NCBI GenBank assembly: GCA_003135555.1
Contig: PLCF01000006.1
Coordinates: forward strand, 1-49,239
Source: Vulcanimicrobiota bacterium
GTDB lineage: Bacteria; Vulcanimicrobiota; Vulcanimicrobiia; Vulcanimicrobiales; Vulcanimicrobiaceae
Direction: 5' to 3'
DNA: 49,239 bases
Part shown: positions 48,832 through 49,239 of the stretch, one piece after another
Position numbering within the stretch: position 1 is the stretch's first letter
Layout: each line of letters begins with the position of its first letter
Notes under the pieces: model-generated
Told to the model about the DNA's origin: nothing
Databases searched by the model: none
Seen by the model: the letters and a program-made list of their open reading frames with translations, nothing else
Made by a program: the position numbers and the translations under genes

Positions 48832-49239
48832 GGGTTGCGAACCCAAGGTGCTGGGAGCTGAATACGATCGACCAGGTTGACGTTACCTTAAGTGCCCAGG
48901 AGCACAGCTGGCTTTCTGAAGGGCGGCGCAAGCTGCGTTTGACGTCACGCCTCCTCGTGCGCATCCTTCCCTTCGTTGAGCGGCTCAATCGCACGTTTTC
49001 GAAGGTCCCCAACGTCGCCGTTTTCGACAATACCGCTTTCCCATGGGTGCCGGGGATCGAGCGTGAATGGAGGACGATCCGAGCCGAGCTCGATCGAGTC
49101 CTATCGCGCAAAGATGAGCTGCCGGGCTTCCAGGATATCTTGCCTGACCTCGCGTCGGTCACGCGTGATCGCGGTTGGAAGTCCTTCATGCTCACGGGCA
49201 TGGGCATCAGGTCGACCCGCAGCATCGGCCTGTGCCCCG
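48828..49239 (+). CDS. Aspartyl/asparaginyl beta-hydroxylase (LpxO/AspH-like) domain protein, runs off the window
   Basis: VFDNTAFPWVPGIEREWRTIRAEL, LPGFQDILPD, WKSFML...CP; absent from the ORF track because it has no stop in the window. Confidence 0.8.
   Translation, partial: MRVANPRCWELNTIDQVDVTLSAQEHSWLSEGRRKLRLTSRLLVRILPFVERLNRTFSKVPNVAVFDNTAFPWVPGIEREWRTIRAELDRVLSRKDELPGFQDILPDLASVTRDRGWKSFMLTGMGIRSTRSIGLCP

Overview
High-GC bacterial chromosomal segment. The gene repertoire and PT-rich lipoproteins suggest Ca. Eremiobacterota/Vulcanimicrobiota, but this is inference only. There are about 50 tightly packed genes and no rRNA, tRNA, CRISPR array or transposase that I can see. Main modules: (1) propionyl/acyl-CoA carboxylase subunits and fabI, interleaved with glycan-modifying genes; (2) an Fe3+-type ABC transporter operon with an atypical isopropylmalate-dehydrogenase-family enzyme and two MmgE/PrpD proteins; (3) methylmalonyl-CoA mutase and epimerase; (4) a peptidoglycan-recycling operon (nagZ, serine hydrolase, anmK, sugar kinase, murQ) near a DUF4127-like gene; (5) mscL and an acyl-CoA synthetase; (6) an AhpE-type peroxiredoxin whose catalytic Cys codon is an in-frame UGA followed by a SECIS-like hairpin, so a probable selenoprotein; (7) a BlaI/M56 peptidase module whose sensor tail repeats match the downstream secreted protein; (8) a PHA locus (phaZ, phaB, Rv0474-like XRE regulator, leaderless phasin-like gene); (9) a BNR-repeat protein plus MoaD/ThiS pair. 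Two window-wide signals stand out: a recurrent (A/G)GG(G/T/A)-N16-18-GAA promoter-like motif, and several genes that appear to start at near-cognate codons (ACG, ATC, CTG). All product calls come from motif recognition by eye; no database searches were run.
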